A stretch of 64,000 nt of DNA from Candidatus Omnitrophota bacterium (GCA_037146775.1 JBAWWL010000007.1:1536-65535); one strand, 5' to 3'; shown: positions 40,031-50,082, counted from the stretch's first letter. Numbers and translations are program-made. Notes: a model not told the origin generated them from the letters alone.

Positions 40031-41152
40031 ATGGTAAAGAATATTTTAATCGGGGATATTTTTAATTCGGAAACTCAGACATTGGTAAACACTGTCAATT
40101 GCGTCGGTATCATGGGTAAAGGAATCGCGGCTGAATTCAAGAAACGCTATCCCGAGATGTTTGATGATTATGTGGCACGTTGCCAAAAAGGCGAAGTCAA
40201 GCCGGGCGTTCCTTACCTATTCAAAATGCCTTCGCTTTTTGCTCCGCAGGTGATTAATTTTCCAACAAAAAGCGATTGGCGAGCGGCATCGCGGGTCGAG
40301 GATATAGAAAAGGGTCTCAAAATACTTATTTCGAAATATAAAGAATGGGGTATTGAGTCAATAGCGGTTCCCCCGTTAGGCTGTGGCAATGGTCAATTAC
40401 TTTGGGAAACCGTTGGCCCTCTGATTTACAAGTATCTCTCGAAGCTGGATATTTTGGTCAAAATTTATGCTCCATATGGCACACCGCCTGCACAGTTGAC
40501 CGAGAAGTTTCTCTCGCAAGAGTATAATTTGCGGGATGCTAAGTCAGGCGAGGCAATCCTTCAGAAACTGGAACCCGCTTGGGTCGCGTTGATTGAGATA
40601 GTTCATCGCATTGAAAAGCAGGCGTATCATATGCCTGTCGGCAGGACTATTTTTCAAAAGATTGCCTATGTTGCCACTGCATTAGGTATCCCTACCGGTT
40701 TGGCGCATGTTCGTGGATCATATGGGCCTTATTGCAAAGAGCTAAATGATGTTAAAAAACGATTATCGAATGATGGATTATTGCAGGAAGAAAAAAGCGG
40801 GTCTATGTTTCAGGTTATTCCGGGCCTCGCGTATGAGAAGAATCGTTTGAAATATCAGGATACTTTTCAAAAATGGGATAATATGATCGACAAGACGGTT
40901 GATCTTTTTCTGCGATTAGATACTAATAAGGCCGAAATTGTGGCAACCGTTCTTTTCGTTGAGCGCGAAATGAATAAAAACAATATGTCTGAGGATGATA
41001 TTTTGCAAGAAGTGATGAAGTGGAAACAGAAGCGCATTCCTCCAATTAATAAGAAAGAGGTCGCTCAAGCTATCCGCAATCTTGGTGTGTTGAAATGGTT
41101 TACGCTGAAGCCTTCGGCAGACTTGCCGGTTGAGGAAGATTGGGCAAATTAA
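40031..41152 (+). CDS. darG: DarG macrodomain antitoxin
   Basis: LVNTVNCVGIMGKGIA, INFPTK, PPLGCGNG; directly after darT. Confidence 0.92.
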   Translation: MVKNILIGDIFNSETQTLVNTVNCVGIMGKGIAAEFKKRYPEMFDDYVARCQKGEVKPGVPYLFKMPSLFAPQVINFPTKSDWRAASRVEDIEKGLKILISKYKEWGIESIAVPPLGCGNGQLLWETVGPLIYKYLSKLDILVKIYAPYGTPPAQLTEKFLSQEYNLRDAKSGEAILQKLEPAWVALIEIVHRIEKQAYHMPVGRTIFQKIAYVATALGIPTGLAHVRGSYGPYCKELNDVKKRLSNDGLLQEEKSGSMFQVIPGLAYEKNRLKYQDTFQKWDNMIDKTVDLFLRLDTNKAEIVATVLFVEREMNKNNMSEDDILQEVMKWKQKRIPPINKKEVAQAIRNLGVLKWFTLKPSADLPVEEDWAN

Positions 41153-41158
41153 AAAATT

Positions 41159-41587
41159 ATGGATATAAAAAACGATAACCATGACTTTTTACTCAAAGAG
41201 ATTGATCTAATTCAAGATGTGATCAGGCGAATGGCTCATAATTCATTCTTGATCAAAGGATGGGCTGTTACTTTGATCGTTGGTTCTTTATTATTAAAAG
41301 GGACGATGCTTGAAGTTTATATTGCGGTGATTCCGCTGATTTCTTTTTGGATTCTGGACGCTTATTTTCTTAGGCAAGAACGTCTATATCGGAAACTTTA
41401 CGATTGGGTTATTAATAATCGGCACAAAACAAGCGAATATCTTTTTGATTTAAGCACGTCGCGATTCAAGGGCGCGGTGCAGTCAATTCCTCGAATTATG
41501 TTTTCGATTACTTTGGGCATCTTTTATGGTTCGATTGCAGTTTTATTGGCTATTTATATTGTCATGCTTTTGAAATTTCATGCATAA
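41159..41587 (+). CDS. Membrane protein associated with TIR genes
   Basis: IQDVIRRMAHNSFLIKGW, FWILDAYFLRQERLYR; about three TM segments. Confidence 0.8.
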   Translation: MDIKNDNHDFLLKEIDLIQDVIRRMAHNSFLIKGWAVTLIVGSLLLKGTMLEVYIAVIPLISFWILDAYFLRQERLYRKLYDWVINNRHKTSEYLFDLSTSRFKGAVQSIPRIMFSITLGIFYGSIAVLLAIYIVMLLKFHA

Positions 41588-41599
41588 GGAATTGATATT

Positions 41600-42181
41600 A
41601 TGGCTAAACAAGTATTTTTTAGCTTTCATTATGATGATGTAAAAACATTTCGTGCGAATGTTGTTAGGAACCACGGATTTACAAAGGAAGATGGTCAAGA
41701 AGCAGGATTTTTTGATGCCTCAATCTGGGAAGATGCGAAACTACATGGTGATATTTCTGTAAAAAGACTCATCAATTCGAATCTGGACAACACATCGGTT
41801 ACTTGTCTTTTAATTGGTACAGGAACGTGGAATAGGCGTTGGGTCAGATATGAGATATTGAAAAGCTATGATCGGGGCAACGCACTGTTTGGAGTTCATA
41901 TCAACAGCGTGACTGATAAAAATAGGCAGACGTTTCCTCAAGGACTAAATCCATTCGATTATTTAGGATTTATCGTTAGTGAAGACGGGAAGAAGCTTAC
42001 TTATCAAGAACACGATGGAACAAGTTGGAAAGTTTATCAAGACTTGCCACCTAAAATGACAAACTTTGACAGACAACATTGGAATAAAGGTTTTAAGCTA
42101 TCCAGCTGGGTTCCGTGTTACGACTGGACAAGTGGGGATGGATATAATAAATTTTCATCTTGGGTAGAGAGTGCCAAATAA
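41600..42181 (+). CDS. ThsB-like TIR protein (DUF1863)
   Basis: VFFSFHY, SVTCLLIG, RRWVRYEI with catalytic Glu. Confidence 0.88.
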   Translation: MAKQVFFSFHYDDVKTFRANVVRNHGFTKEDGQEAGFFDASIWEDAKLHGDISVKRLINSNLDNTSVTCLLIGTGTWNRRWVRYEILKSYDRGNALFGVHINSVTDKNRQTFPQGLNPFDYLGFIVSEDGKKLTYQEHDGTSWKVYQDLPPKMTNFDRQHWNKGFKLSSWVPCYDWTSGDGYNKFSSWVESAK

Positions 42182-42251
42182 ACCCTATGGCGTTGTGGTT
42201 CGAGCTGTAGGCTAACTTGGCGATACTCTCTAAAACTTGGAGGTTTGAACA

Positions 42252-42497
42252 ATGGGTAATCGAGCAGAAAATAATTTCAAAAAACGTTTCGGTGATCCTC
42301 CTCGGTTTAATGTTATATACCCGAAAAAACCTTTAGAAGGGTCTGAGCGGATATACCGCAATCAAAAAATCGCTGACGCGGTCGATAAAGTCTTAACCGG
42401 TATTTTAGGACGGAAGCCAACAAAAGACGAATTGATCGGACGCAAGCGTATAAATGAAGCGGAAATCCAAGCGTGCTTGGTCGGTAAAACGGAATAA
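42252..42497 (+). CDS. Hypothetical protein
   Basis: 81 aa with GGAGG RBS. Confidence 0.55.
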   Translation: MGNRAENNFKKRFGDPPRFNVIYPKKPLEGSERIYRNQKIADAVDKVLTGILGRKPTKDELIGRKRINEAEIQACLVGKTE

Positions 42498-42561
42498 GCG
42501 CAGATTACGCTATATTTAGAGCGAGACTTTTTTATAGCCATTATTAAGTTAGGAGTTATTC

Positions 42562-43542
42562 GTGGCATCAATGGGCGATTTAATTGATGAATTGAAACGT
42601 GTCGATTTTGAAAGACCGATTGTCTTTATCAGTTACGCTGGCGAGGAGCTTGCGTTAGCGGATTTTATTAGGGACATCATAAGTCGTCTCACTGAATTTA
42701 AGGTTGAGGCGTTTGTTGCTAAAAGAGATATCCCGCCCGGAGATAATCCACTAAAAACAATGATGGAAGAAAAACTTAAGAATGCAAAAGCGATTATTCC
42801 TATATGTTCTGTCAAGTCGAAGATGTCATCATGGGTCTGGTGGGAATCGGCCGCTGTTTGGGCTAAGGACAAAAAGGTTTATCCCCTGTTTACCAATATT
42901 TCAGCAAGTGATTTTGGTGCGCCTTTAACGCTGGTAAGCCAAGGGAAAGAATATTTTATTAGATCGGAGTTTATTGAGACAGTGAGAATGGTTTGTGAGG
43001 ATGTCGGGACCCCGGTTGTCGATAAGGATTTAACCAAAGAGGAATGGGATGAATATGAGAAGCTAAAAACTGAGTATTCTAAGCCGGAAACTTCAGCAAA
43101 AGTTACAGCGGATTATAAGAAACTTGAAATGACTCAGGATTTACACAAATATTCTTTTGTTTTTGAAATCGAGAATAGGAATCAGAAAAGATTTGATGAT
43201 GTTGATGTAGAGCTTTATTTCCCGGTAGACTACATTGAGGAGAAAAAATGGGAATATCCGCATTTAAGATCTTCTACTTCACATGACAAACCGGGTTACT
43301 TATGCTTAACATTTTCTTTTTCCGGGTTGCCAGAAACTGCGAAAAAACAATTCATCAGCAGTTTATTGCCCGGTAAAAAGCTAAAGGTTTTTGGTGAAGA
43401 TGGAATGACCAAACTTCATTATTACATGGATCATGATCGTTGGGACAAAAGGTTTAAGTATGATGTGCAGTGGAAAGTTTATATCAATGGCGGAGCCCCT
43501 CAAGAAGGCAGTATCCCATTAAATTCAATTCAGTATTTTTAA
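42562..43542 (+). CDS. TIR-domain protein with unknown C-terminal domain
   Basis: VFISYA, DIPPGD, SWVWWE; AGGAG RBS. Confidence 0.85.
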   Translation: MASMGDLIDELKRVDFERPIVFISYAGEELALADFIRDIISRLTEFKVEAFVAKRDIPPGDNPLKTMMEEKLKNAKAIIPICSVKSKMSSWVWWESAAVWAKDKKVYPLFTNISASDFGAPLTLVSQGKEYFIRSEFIETVRMVCEDVGTPVVDKDLTKEEWDEYEKLKTEYSKPETSAKVTADYKKLEMTQDLHKYSFVFEIENRNQKRFDDVDVELYFPVDYIEEKKWEYPHLRSSTSHDKPGYLCLTFSFSGLPETAKKQFISSLLPGKKLKVFGEDGMTKLHYYMDHDRWDKRFKYDVQWKVYINGGAPQEGSIPLNSIQYF

Positions 43543-43964
43543 GGATGGTTGGTCTGTAATCGCGTTACAAAGCTTTCTTGTTCTTTGGGACTTTTAAGCA
43601 TCTGCCGTAGCTGGCGTTCAGTTATCAGTCGTTTGGGCATGGGATCGCCCAGCGCTTCAACGGCTTCGACCAGCGAGGGGTTAAGGTCGAGAAGGCTCGT
43701 ATATTGCCAGATTCGGACCCGGGAGATGCCTACCTTGCGAGCAAGGTCACTTTCGTTCTTGGCTTGGCCGGATTCAATCATGCGGGCGTATTCCTTGGCT
43801 CGAAAGATGGGGTTGCGGTAGGTACGGACGGGTTTTGGGGGTATTCTTCGGGCCTGTTCAGGCGTCTGGCCTTCTCGGATGACTGAAATGAGCCGGTGAT
43901 TCCACTTTTCCTTCTCGGTAATGAAGGCGGTGAACTGCCATAAAAGCCCGCAGTCAGACGACTG
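43539..43964 (-). pseudogene. Detached 3' segment (141 codons, HTH-like) of the element-1 recombinase
   Basis: Open from attR to 43539, in frame with the recombinase across the att core; resembles the C-terminus of 44290..45921. Confidence 0.85.
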
Positions 43965-43977
43965 CCCGGGGAGCCAT
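43948..43977 (+). other. attR: arm CCGCAGTCAGACG plus core CCCGGGGAGCCAT
   Basis: Duplicate of tRNA-Asn 3' end. Confidence 0.9.
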
Positions 43978-44010
43978 CTTTATATCTCTCAATCCATAAG
44001 GAGAGATGCA

Positions 44011-44048
44011 AAAAGCCCTGATTGCCATCAACGATCAGGGCTTCTTTA
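44011..44048 (+). terminator. Intrinsic terminator-like hairpin after the displaced tRNA 3' end
   Basis: AAGCCCTGAT..ATCAGGGCTT followed by CTTT. Confidence 0.6.
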
Positions 44049-44289
44049 TCCCTTGGTTTTTCAAAGAGTTATGCCATTAATTTCAAACGCTATTCCAGTA
44101 AATTATTGATATCTTTCCCGCCACTATATAAACCACCAAAGTTAGCAAAATATTCCTGAAATTACCCCATTTATCTCGGCATGGGCTCATTTATAATGGT
44201 TCGTATATAATCATAAAATACGCCAATAGTAAGGGAATTAAAGCAGACTATCGAGCCATTATATAGAAAAAGAAGGTGGTGAAGCGAGA

Positions 44290-45921
44290 TTACGCGGTAG
44301 GTTTCTGAATAAGTGATCGCCACATATCGTATTGCTTTCCCCAGTCTGGCTCTCTGGCAATAATGTTGGCTTTATACTCGGGTATTTCAGAGATAGTTTC
44401 ATTAGGCCCAAGAAGGATTTCTTCCTGTATCCTTGGTGAAATATAGAGCAGCTCCATAACAAGATGTAGCTTAATGGCCGACATATTAAGCCAAATAGCA
44501 AGCAGTTTAATGTTTTCAGCTTGACCAGAGTCAAGCAGCTGTTGTGCTTGGTGGGCAAGAATCAGCAGTTGGCGCAGTTTTGGTTCTTTCAAGATGCCAT
44601 CTTTAGGGTCATGTGTAATAGTATGGTTTACTTCTTTTAACTCCCCGCTATATTCTTGAGAAATCCCGTCAGAGAATGCAACCATCAGTTTTTTAGTTAC
44701 CCCGTCATAATCAACGCGTTTAATATGGCTGACTAAGATAGATTTTTGTTCCTGGGCAGTAATACTTTTCCAGTTTTCTTTAAAGCTAGCCGCGTCAGCT
44801 CGCGTAAACAAACATTCCGCCACGGCATTCTCAATTTCAAGAGCGTTAACTGATTTTGTCGCGCAGCCGTCGTAGCCGTATTTCTGCGCATGGAGGCATA
44901 CGTAATATCGGTAGTAGATTTTCTGTTCCTTGAAAGTGCTTGTGCCAAACATTGGCGTATTGCAATGCTTACAGAAGAGAAGCTTGGTTAGTGGGTTTAC
45001 GACGTTCTTTCCGCGGGTTAGTTCCTGATAATTACGGTTTTTCTTTAGAGCCTCTTGTGCCTTATTATAAGTTTCCTCGTCAATTATGGCTTCCTGTTGT
45101 CCGGGGTAAAATTCGCCCGCATATTTGACTTTACCGATATAAAGAGGATTCAGAATAATACTGTTAATTGAATTATTCTGAAATATGTTACCGCCGTTTG
45201 TTTTACCTTTTTTATTGGTATGGACTTTACTTCGTAACCCTCTTTCATTTAGTTCTCGCGCCAGCATTCTGAGCGAATATCCTTTCAGATAAAGCTCATA
45301 AATGGTTTTAATTATTTGAGCCTCAGCAGGATTAATAACAAGTTTTCCGGCTTCTTTGTCGAAGTCATACCCTAATGGAGGCCTGCCGCCTAGCCATTTA
45401 CCTTTCTTCCTGGCCGCTCCCATTTTATCTTTTGTGCGCTCTGAAATAATCTCACGTTCAAACTGGGCAAAGGAGAGCAGGATGTTAAGTGTAAGTCTGC
45501 CCATAGAGGTATTGGTATTAAAGGCTTGAGTTACTGATACAAAAGTTACCTTATTTTGATCAAAAAGCTCAAGAAGCTGGGAAAAGTCAATAAGAGAGCG
45601 GGAGAGCCGGTCAACTTTGTAAACTACAACGCAGCTAATTTTTCCAGCCCTAATATCCTCAATAAGCTTTTGAAGCGCCGGCCTGTCAGTATTTGCTCCT
45701 GTATATCCACCGTCGTCGTAACGGTCTTCCAGGGCGATCCAGCCTTCATTCTTTTGGCTGTTAATATAGCTAATCGCCGATTCTCGTTGGGCGTCCAGCG
45801 AGGTAAAGTCCTGGTCCAAGCCTTCAGAAGTTGATTTACGTGTATAGATAGCGCAATAAAGGTTAGGTTTATCTTTAATATTGTCGTTGTTCATAGTCTG
45901 AAAAATTGGTAACCGTTCCAA
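44290..45921 (-). CDS. Large serine recombinase with C-terminal HTH-like domain (start probably MNNDN)
   Basis: YTRKS, DDGGYTG, VDRLSR, AQFERE, CKHC zinc ribbon. Confidence 0.95.
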   Translation of the reverse strand: MERLPIFQTMNNDNIKDKPNLYCAIYTRKSTSEGLDQDFTSLDAQRESAISYINSQKNEGWIALEDRYDDGGYTGANTDRPALQKLIEDIRAGKISCVVVYKVDRLSRSLIDFSQLLELFDQNKVTFVSVTQAFNTNTSMGRLTLNILLSFAQFEREIISERTKDKMGAARKKGKWLGGRPPLGYDFDKEAGKLVINPAEAQIIKTIYELYLKGYSLRMLARELNERGLRSKVHTNKKGKTNGGNIFQNNSINSIILNPLYIGKVKYAGEFYPGQQEAIIDEETYNKAQEALKKNRNYQELTRGKNVVNPLTKLLFCKHCNTPMFGTSTFKEQKIYYRYYVCLHAQKYGYDGCATKSVNALEIENAVAECLFTRADAASFKENWKSITAQEQKSILVSHIKRVDYDGVTKKLMVAFSDGISQEYSGELKEVNHTITHDPKDGILKEPKLRQLLILAHQAQQLLDSGQAENIKLLAIWLNMSAIKLHLVMELLYISPRIQEEILLGPNETISEIPEYKANIIAREPDWGKQYDMWRSLIQKPTA

Positions 45922-46358
45922 TGGTTACCTCCAATTAGTGAGGCTACACTGGAAAGAGTTTTATATATCTTCCCATTATATTCAAAACCATTTTCTAAAA
46001 CTTTCACCATGATTTTTTGCCCTTTATAATTCTTGGTAATTATGCTTCCTGGGATAGGCAGGCGCCGGTCATTTTTACGAGAAGGCCTTTTTCCGGGAGT
46101 ATTCTCGCTTTCTGGCCGTAATAATGGATTGTTTACAGGTTCATATTTTTGTATTAATTCGTCTAATTTGCTTTTAACTTTCTCTGAAAGTCCGCCAAAT
46201 TCTAATTCCTGGTTACGATAGGCGATTTTACGCCATAAATGTACCTTATTGTTGGAAGGTCTCTTGTTATCCCCAAAAGCTTCCTTGTATTTCTTCTGTA
46301 ATTCATACAGGGGTACGCTTTTTAGCTCCGTTATCTTGGTTACCGCATTTTCGCTCAT
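45891..46358 (-). CDS. DUF2924 family protein
   Basis: IAYRNQE..GGLS, PGSIITKNYKG, TLSSVA..IGG.HWNG..FF; usual partner of such recombinases. Confidence 0.88.
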   Translation of the reverse strand: MSENAVTKITELKSVPLYELQKKYKEAFGDNKRPSNNKVHLWRKIAYRNQELEFGGLSEKVKSKLDELIQKYEPVNNPLLRPESENTPGKRPSRKNDRRLPIPGSIITKNYKGQKIMVKVLENGFEYNGKIYKTLSSVASLIGGNHWNGYQFFRL

Positions 46359-46676
46359 ATTCGTCTCCTTTTGTCAGTACACATATAGCCATACAATTAG
46401 AGATATAGCAAGGGAAATAGAGAGGTATTTTAAGGGATATTAAGGATAAAAAGAGAGCATAATTAATACCAAATTAGCATTTTTTATAAAAGGTAAATCT
46501 ATAACTATCCAACGTAATACCTCTTTAATCACAAACCGTCTTATTAAGCTAATGCTATTTTTCACACTTGACCAATATCTACTATAGCGGTATTATTCTA
46601 TCTTATTGACTACAGAGGCGTAGTTGATAGATGAGGGTAAAGTGGCATCTGAAAGTACAATTGGGTTATTTTTTCT

Positions 46677-46711
46677 AAGGCAATTCTCTAGATAGGGGAT
46701 TGCCTTTTTTA
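46677..46711 (+). terminator. Terminator-like hairpin upstream of the defence operon
   Basis: AAGGCAATTCTCT..AGGGGATTGCCTT followed by T-run. Confidence 0.55.
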
Positions 46712-46866
46712 TTTGAAGGAAAATGAGGGTTTAGCTGGAAACAGTGAATGAATTTTTTGTTTGATTGCAGAAGTTATGTTTTAATGTGGATCTTTAGGGT
46801 TGGTGGACAGCGGAGATTTGATAAATCTGAGATACAAAAATGGACTACTAATAAAGGAATAAAAGA

Positions 46867-49800
46867 ATGAATACCGATCTCACATTTTTTACAAACGAAA
46901 AAGGAGCAACCCTGCTAGACAGGTTCAAAGTAACCCTTGAAAACAATACAAAGTTTTTTGATGTCCTAGTGGGTTATTTTAGAACGAGTGCATTTTTTAG
47001 TTTATATAAGTCGCTTGAAAAAGTTGAAAAAATTAGAATTTTGGTTGGGATTAATGTTGATAAACAAACACAAAATCTATTAGGGCAAGCCAAGGAAGGG
47101 CAGCTTACACTTAAGTTTTCGCATAAAGAAGTAAAAGACGCTTTTGTCGAAGAAGTTAGCAAGGAAATGGAGGAGTCCGAAGATAACTCAGAAATAGAAT
47201 TAGGTGTCTATAAATTTATCGAATTTATAAAATCTGGTAAGCTAGAAATCAGAGCCCATCCTTCGCAGTCTATTCACGCCAAGCTCTATATAATCCGTAA
47301 AGATTCTACAAAAAGTGAAGATTATGGTAGGGTTATAACTGGTTCGAGTAATTTTACCTTCTCTGGTCTCCAGGAAAATATCGAATTTAATGTAGAATTA
47401 AAAGATAGCCGGGATGTGGAATATGCTTTAAAAAAATTTGATACACTTTGGGAACAATCAGTGCCTATCTCTAATGAATACATCGAAGCAATCAATGATA
47501 AGACTTGGCTTAATGACGCAATTAAGCCTTATGAACTTTACCTAAAATTCCTTTACGAATATTTTAAAGATAAAATAAATGAAGATATGGATTCCATTTA
47601 TAAGGATAGAAGATTCTTGCCTGAAGGCTACATGGAGCTTGAGTATCAAGACGAAGCCGTAAAAGATGCTTTAGCTAAATTAGGTGATTACGGTGGAGTT
47701 TTCTTAGCAGACGTTGTCGGCCTAGGAAAAACTTATATTTCAGCTTTACTTGCCCAGCAGCTCGACGGTTATACTCTTATAATTTGTCCACCGGTACTAA
47801 AAAACTATTGGCATGATACCTTCCGAGATTTTGGAGTAAGGGGATTTGAAGTAGAATCTTTGGCCTTGAGCAAAATTGATAGAATAATTGAGGAAGGTCC
47901 TGAAAAGTACAAGAATATTTTCATCGATGAGGCACATCGCTTCCGTAATGAGACAAACCAGACTTATGCAAAGTTAAAACAGCTTTGTTGGGGGAAGCGA
48001 GTTATTTTAGTTTCTGCAACACCATTGAATAATACTCCATTTGATATCCTAAGTCAAATAAAGCTATTTCAAAAGGAACATAATAGTACGGTTCCTAATG
48101 TTCGGGATCTAGGAAGATTCTTCGCTGGACTACACGAGAGATTAAAATCAACTGATCGTAAGAATCTCAAGGAATATTTAGCGATAGTAAAGGAGAATTC
48201 ACAAGCAATTAGAGAGAATGTGCTTAAATATTTGATGGTTAGAAGAACCCGTTCAGAAGTTCTGAAATACTTCAAGAAAGATCTTGATAAGAGAAAGATT
48301 AAGTTTCCTTCAGTGGCTGAGCCCAAGAGGGTCTACTATGAATTTGATAATAATCTAGAAAATGTATTTATTCAAACAATCAAACTCATTAAGACATTTA
48401 AGTATTCCAGGTATATGCCATTCAATTACTTAAAGAATCCAGATGCGGAAGACAGACAGGAACAAGTTTCTCAACGTAACCTTGGTCGTTTCATGAAGAT
48501 ACTATTAGTGAAGCGTCTAGAAAGCAGTTTTTATGCTTTCAACATGACTCTGGACAGGTTCATTAATTCTTACAAGGATTTTATCGATATGCTAAATAAA
48601 GGGAATATTTATATAAGCAAGAAATATAGCGATAAAATTTACGAAGCAATAGGTAATGACACAGAGGATAGTCTAGATGAACTAGTTAATCAGGAGAAAA
48701 TTAAAAAATATAAGAAAGGTGATTTTGCAAATGATTTTCAGAAAGATTTAGAAAGCGATTATAAAATATTATTGGAAATAAAAAAAATGTGGAACAGTGT
48801 AAAAACAGATCCTAAGATAATAAAATTTAAGGCTATACTTAATAATGATAAGATTCTAAAGAATAATAAAATAATTATCTTTACAGAATCTAAGGAAACA
48901 GCAGAATATCTAGATAGAAATTTAAGAGATGTCTTTGGCGATAAGATCATATCTTATTCAAGCAAGTCTGGCTCTACTGTTCGTGATGAAATCACTGCAA
49001 ACTACGACCCTAATTCTAAGATCCACAAGGACAACATAAGAATACTAATTACTACTGATGTACTGGCAGAGGGTGTTAATATGCATCGTTCCAATGTGGT
49101 TATAAATTATGATATTCCTTGGAACCCTACCAAAGTCTTGCAAAGAGTGGGACGTGTTAACAGGATTGGGACTATTCATGACAATATATATGTTTATAAC
49201 TTTTTTCCTACCGTTTATTCAAATAGTGAAATTAAGCTAGAGGAGGCGGCTATTGCAAAAATTCAAGCATTTCATCATACTCTCGGAGAAGATGCGCAAT
49301 ACTTAACCGACGGGGAAGAAATCAGCTCCCATGAGTTGTTTACTAGGCTTAATTCTAAAAAGGTACTCGAAAATGGCGAAGAAGAAGAAAGGGATTCAGA
49401 ACTTCAATATTTATCTGAGATACGTAATGTCCGCGATGCTAACCAACAGTTATATGAAAGAATTAAAAAACTTCCTAAGAAATCACGGAGTGCTAAGTTT
49501 TATAAAGGGGAGAAAGAATCAGGGGTAACATTTTTTAGAAAAGGAAAATTACGTAAAATGTTTATTGCTGACTCTCAAAGTGCAAGAGAATTAAACTTCT
49601 TTGCCGCGGCTCGGTTATTAAAAGCGGAAGCCAGTGATATCAGGGAAAAAATTGCAGCGAGTTTTTATGAATTCATTGTTAAGAACAAAAAAGCATTCAG
49701 CTCGGCCACTGCTGAAGAGGTGAGACAATTTGGGCAACTGGGAGCCGGTAGTAATGAGAAAAAGCTTATTCGATACACAAAGGCAATCAGAAAAACTGCT

Positions 49801-50082
49801 GGATTCACTGATCGAGACGAAGAATATCTAAATAAAATAATAACGATTTTAGAAGATGGAACGCTAGCTAAACAGACAACCAAGGTTTTAATCAAAGAGA
49901 TTGATAAAGAGACTAAAAAAGAAATAAAAAAAGACAAAGTCCCCTTTAATATTTTAAAGAAATTTAAAGAAAAAATTCCAGATACATTTTTTGCCGAATC
50001 TATTTTGAGCAGCCCACATCAGGTTTCTTCCCCGAAGGAAGTTATTCTCTCCGAACTTTTAATTCCCGAAAGAAAAACTTAA
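46867..50082 (+). CDS. PLD-nuclease / SNF2-type helicase fusion
   Basis: HAK..GSSN PLD motif, LADVVGLGKT, DEAH, QRVGRVNR. Confidence 0.9.
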   Translation: MNTDLTFFTNEKGATLLDRFKVTLENNTKFFDVLVGYFRTSAFFSLYKSLEKVEKIRILVGINVDKQTQNLLGQAKEGQLTLKFSHKEVKDAFVEEVSKEMEESEDNSEIELGVYKFIEFIKSGKLEIRAHPSQSIHAKLYIIRKDSTKSEDYGRVITGSSNFTFSGLQENIEFNVELKDSRDVEYALKKFDTLWEQSVPISNEYIEAINDKTWLNDAIKPYELYLKFLYEYFKDKINEDMDSIYKDRRFLPEGYMELEYQDEAVKDALAKLGDYGGVFLADVVGLGKTYISALLAQQLDGYTLIICPPVLKNYWHDTFRDFGVRGFEVESLALSKIDRIIEEGPEKYKNIFIDEAHRFRNETNQTYAKLKQLCWGKRVILVSATPLNNTPFDILSQIKLFQKEHNSTVPNVRDLGRFFAGLHERLKSTDRKNLKEYLAIVKENSQAIRENVLKYLMVRRTRSEVLKYFKKDLDKRKIKFPSVAEPKRVYYEFDNNLENVFIQTIKLIKTFKYSRYMPFNYLKNPDAEDRQEQVSQRNLGRFMKILLVKRLESSFYAFNMTLDRFINSYKDFIDMLNKGNIYISKKYSDKIYEAIGNDTEDSLDELVNQEKIKKYKKGDFANDFQKDLESDYKILLEIKKMWNSVKTDPKIIKFKAILNNDKILKNNKIIIFTESKETAEYLDRNLRDVFGDKIISYSSKSGSTVRDEITANYDPNSKIHKDNIRILITTDVLAEGVNMHRSNVVINYDIPWNPTKVLQRVGRVNRIGTIHDNIYVYNFFPTVYSNSEIKLEEAAIAKIQAFHHTLGEDAQYLTDGEEISSHELFTRLNSKKVLENGEEEERDSELQYLSEIRNVRDANQQLYERIKKLPKKSRSAKFYKGEKESGVTFFRKGKLRKMFIADSQSARELNFFAAARLLKAEASDIREKIAASFYEFIVKNKKAFSSATAEEVRQFGQLGAGSNEKKLIRYTKAIRKTAGFTDRDEEYLNKIITILEDGTLAKQTTKVLIKEIDKETKKEIKKDKVPFNILKKFKEKIPDTFFAESILSSPHQVSSPKEVILSELLIPERKT

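Larger units (their letters stand above)
26284..43977. mobile_element. Integrated element 1, about 17.7 kb, phage-satellite-like with defence cargo
   Basis: 13-bp direct repeat of tRNA 3' end at both ends; recombinase, sigma factor, primase, origin; no structural or conjugation genes recognised. Confidence 0.92.

Noticed and set aside
26284-43977. Complete prophage or conjugative element
   Set aside because: No capsid, terminase, tail, relaxase or T4SS genes recognised.
43778-44011. 77-aa minus-strand ORF crossing attR
   Set aside because: It is a chimera across the junction in a different frame from the recombinase tail, with no support as a gene.
46615-46665. Hammerhead-like GATGAG..GAAA
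   Set aside because: It lacks the CUGANGA core and the required stems.
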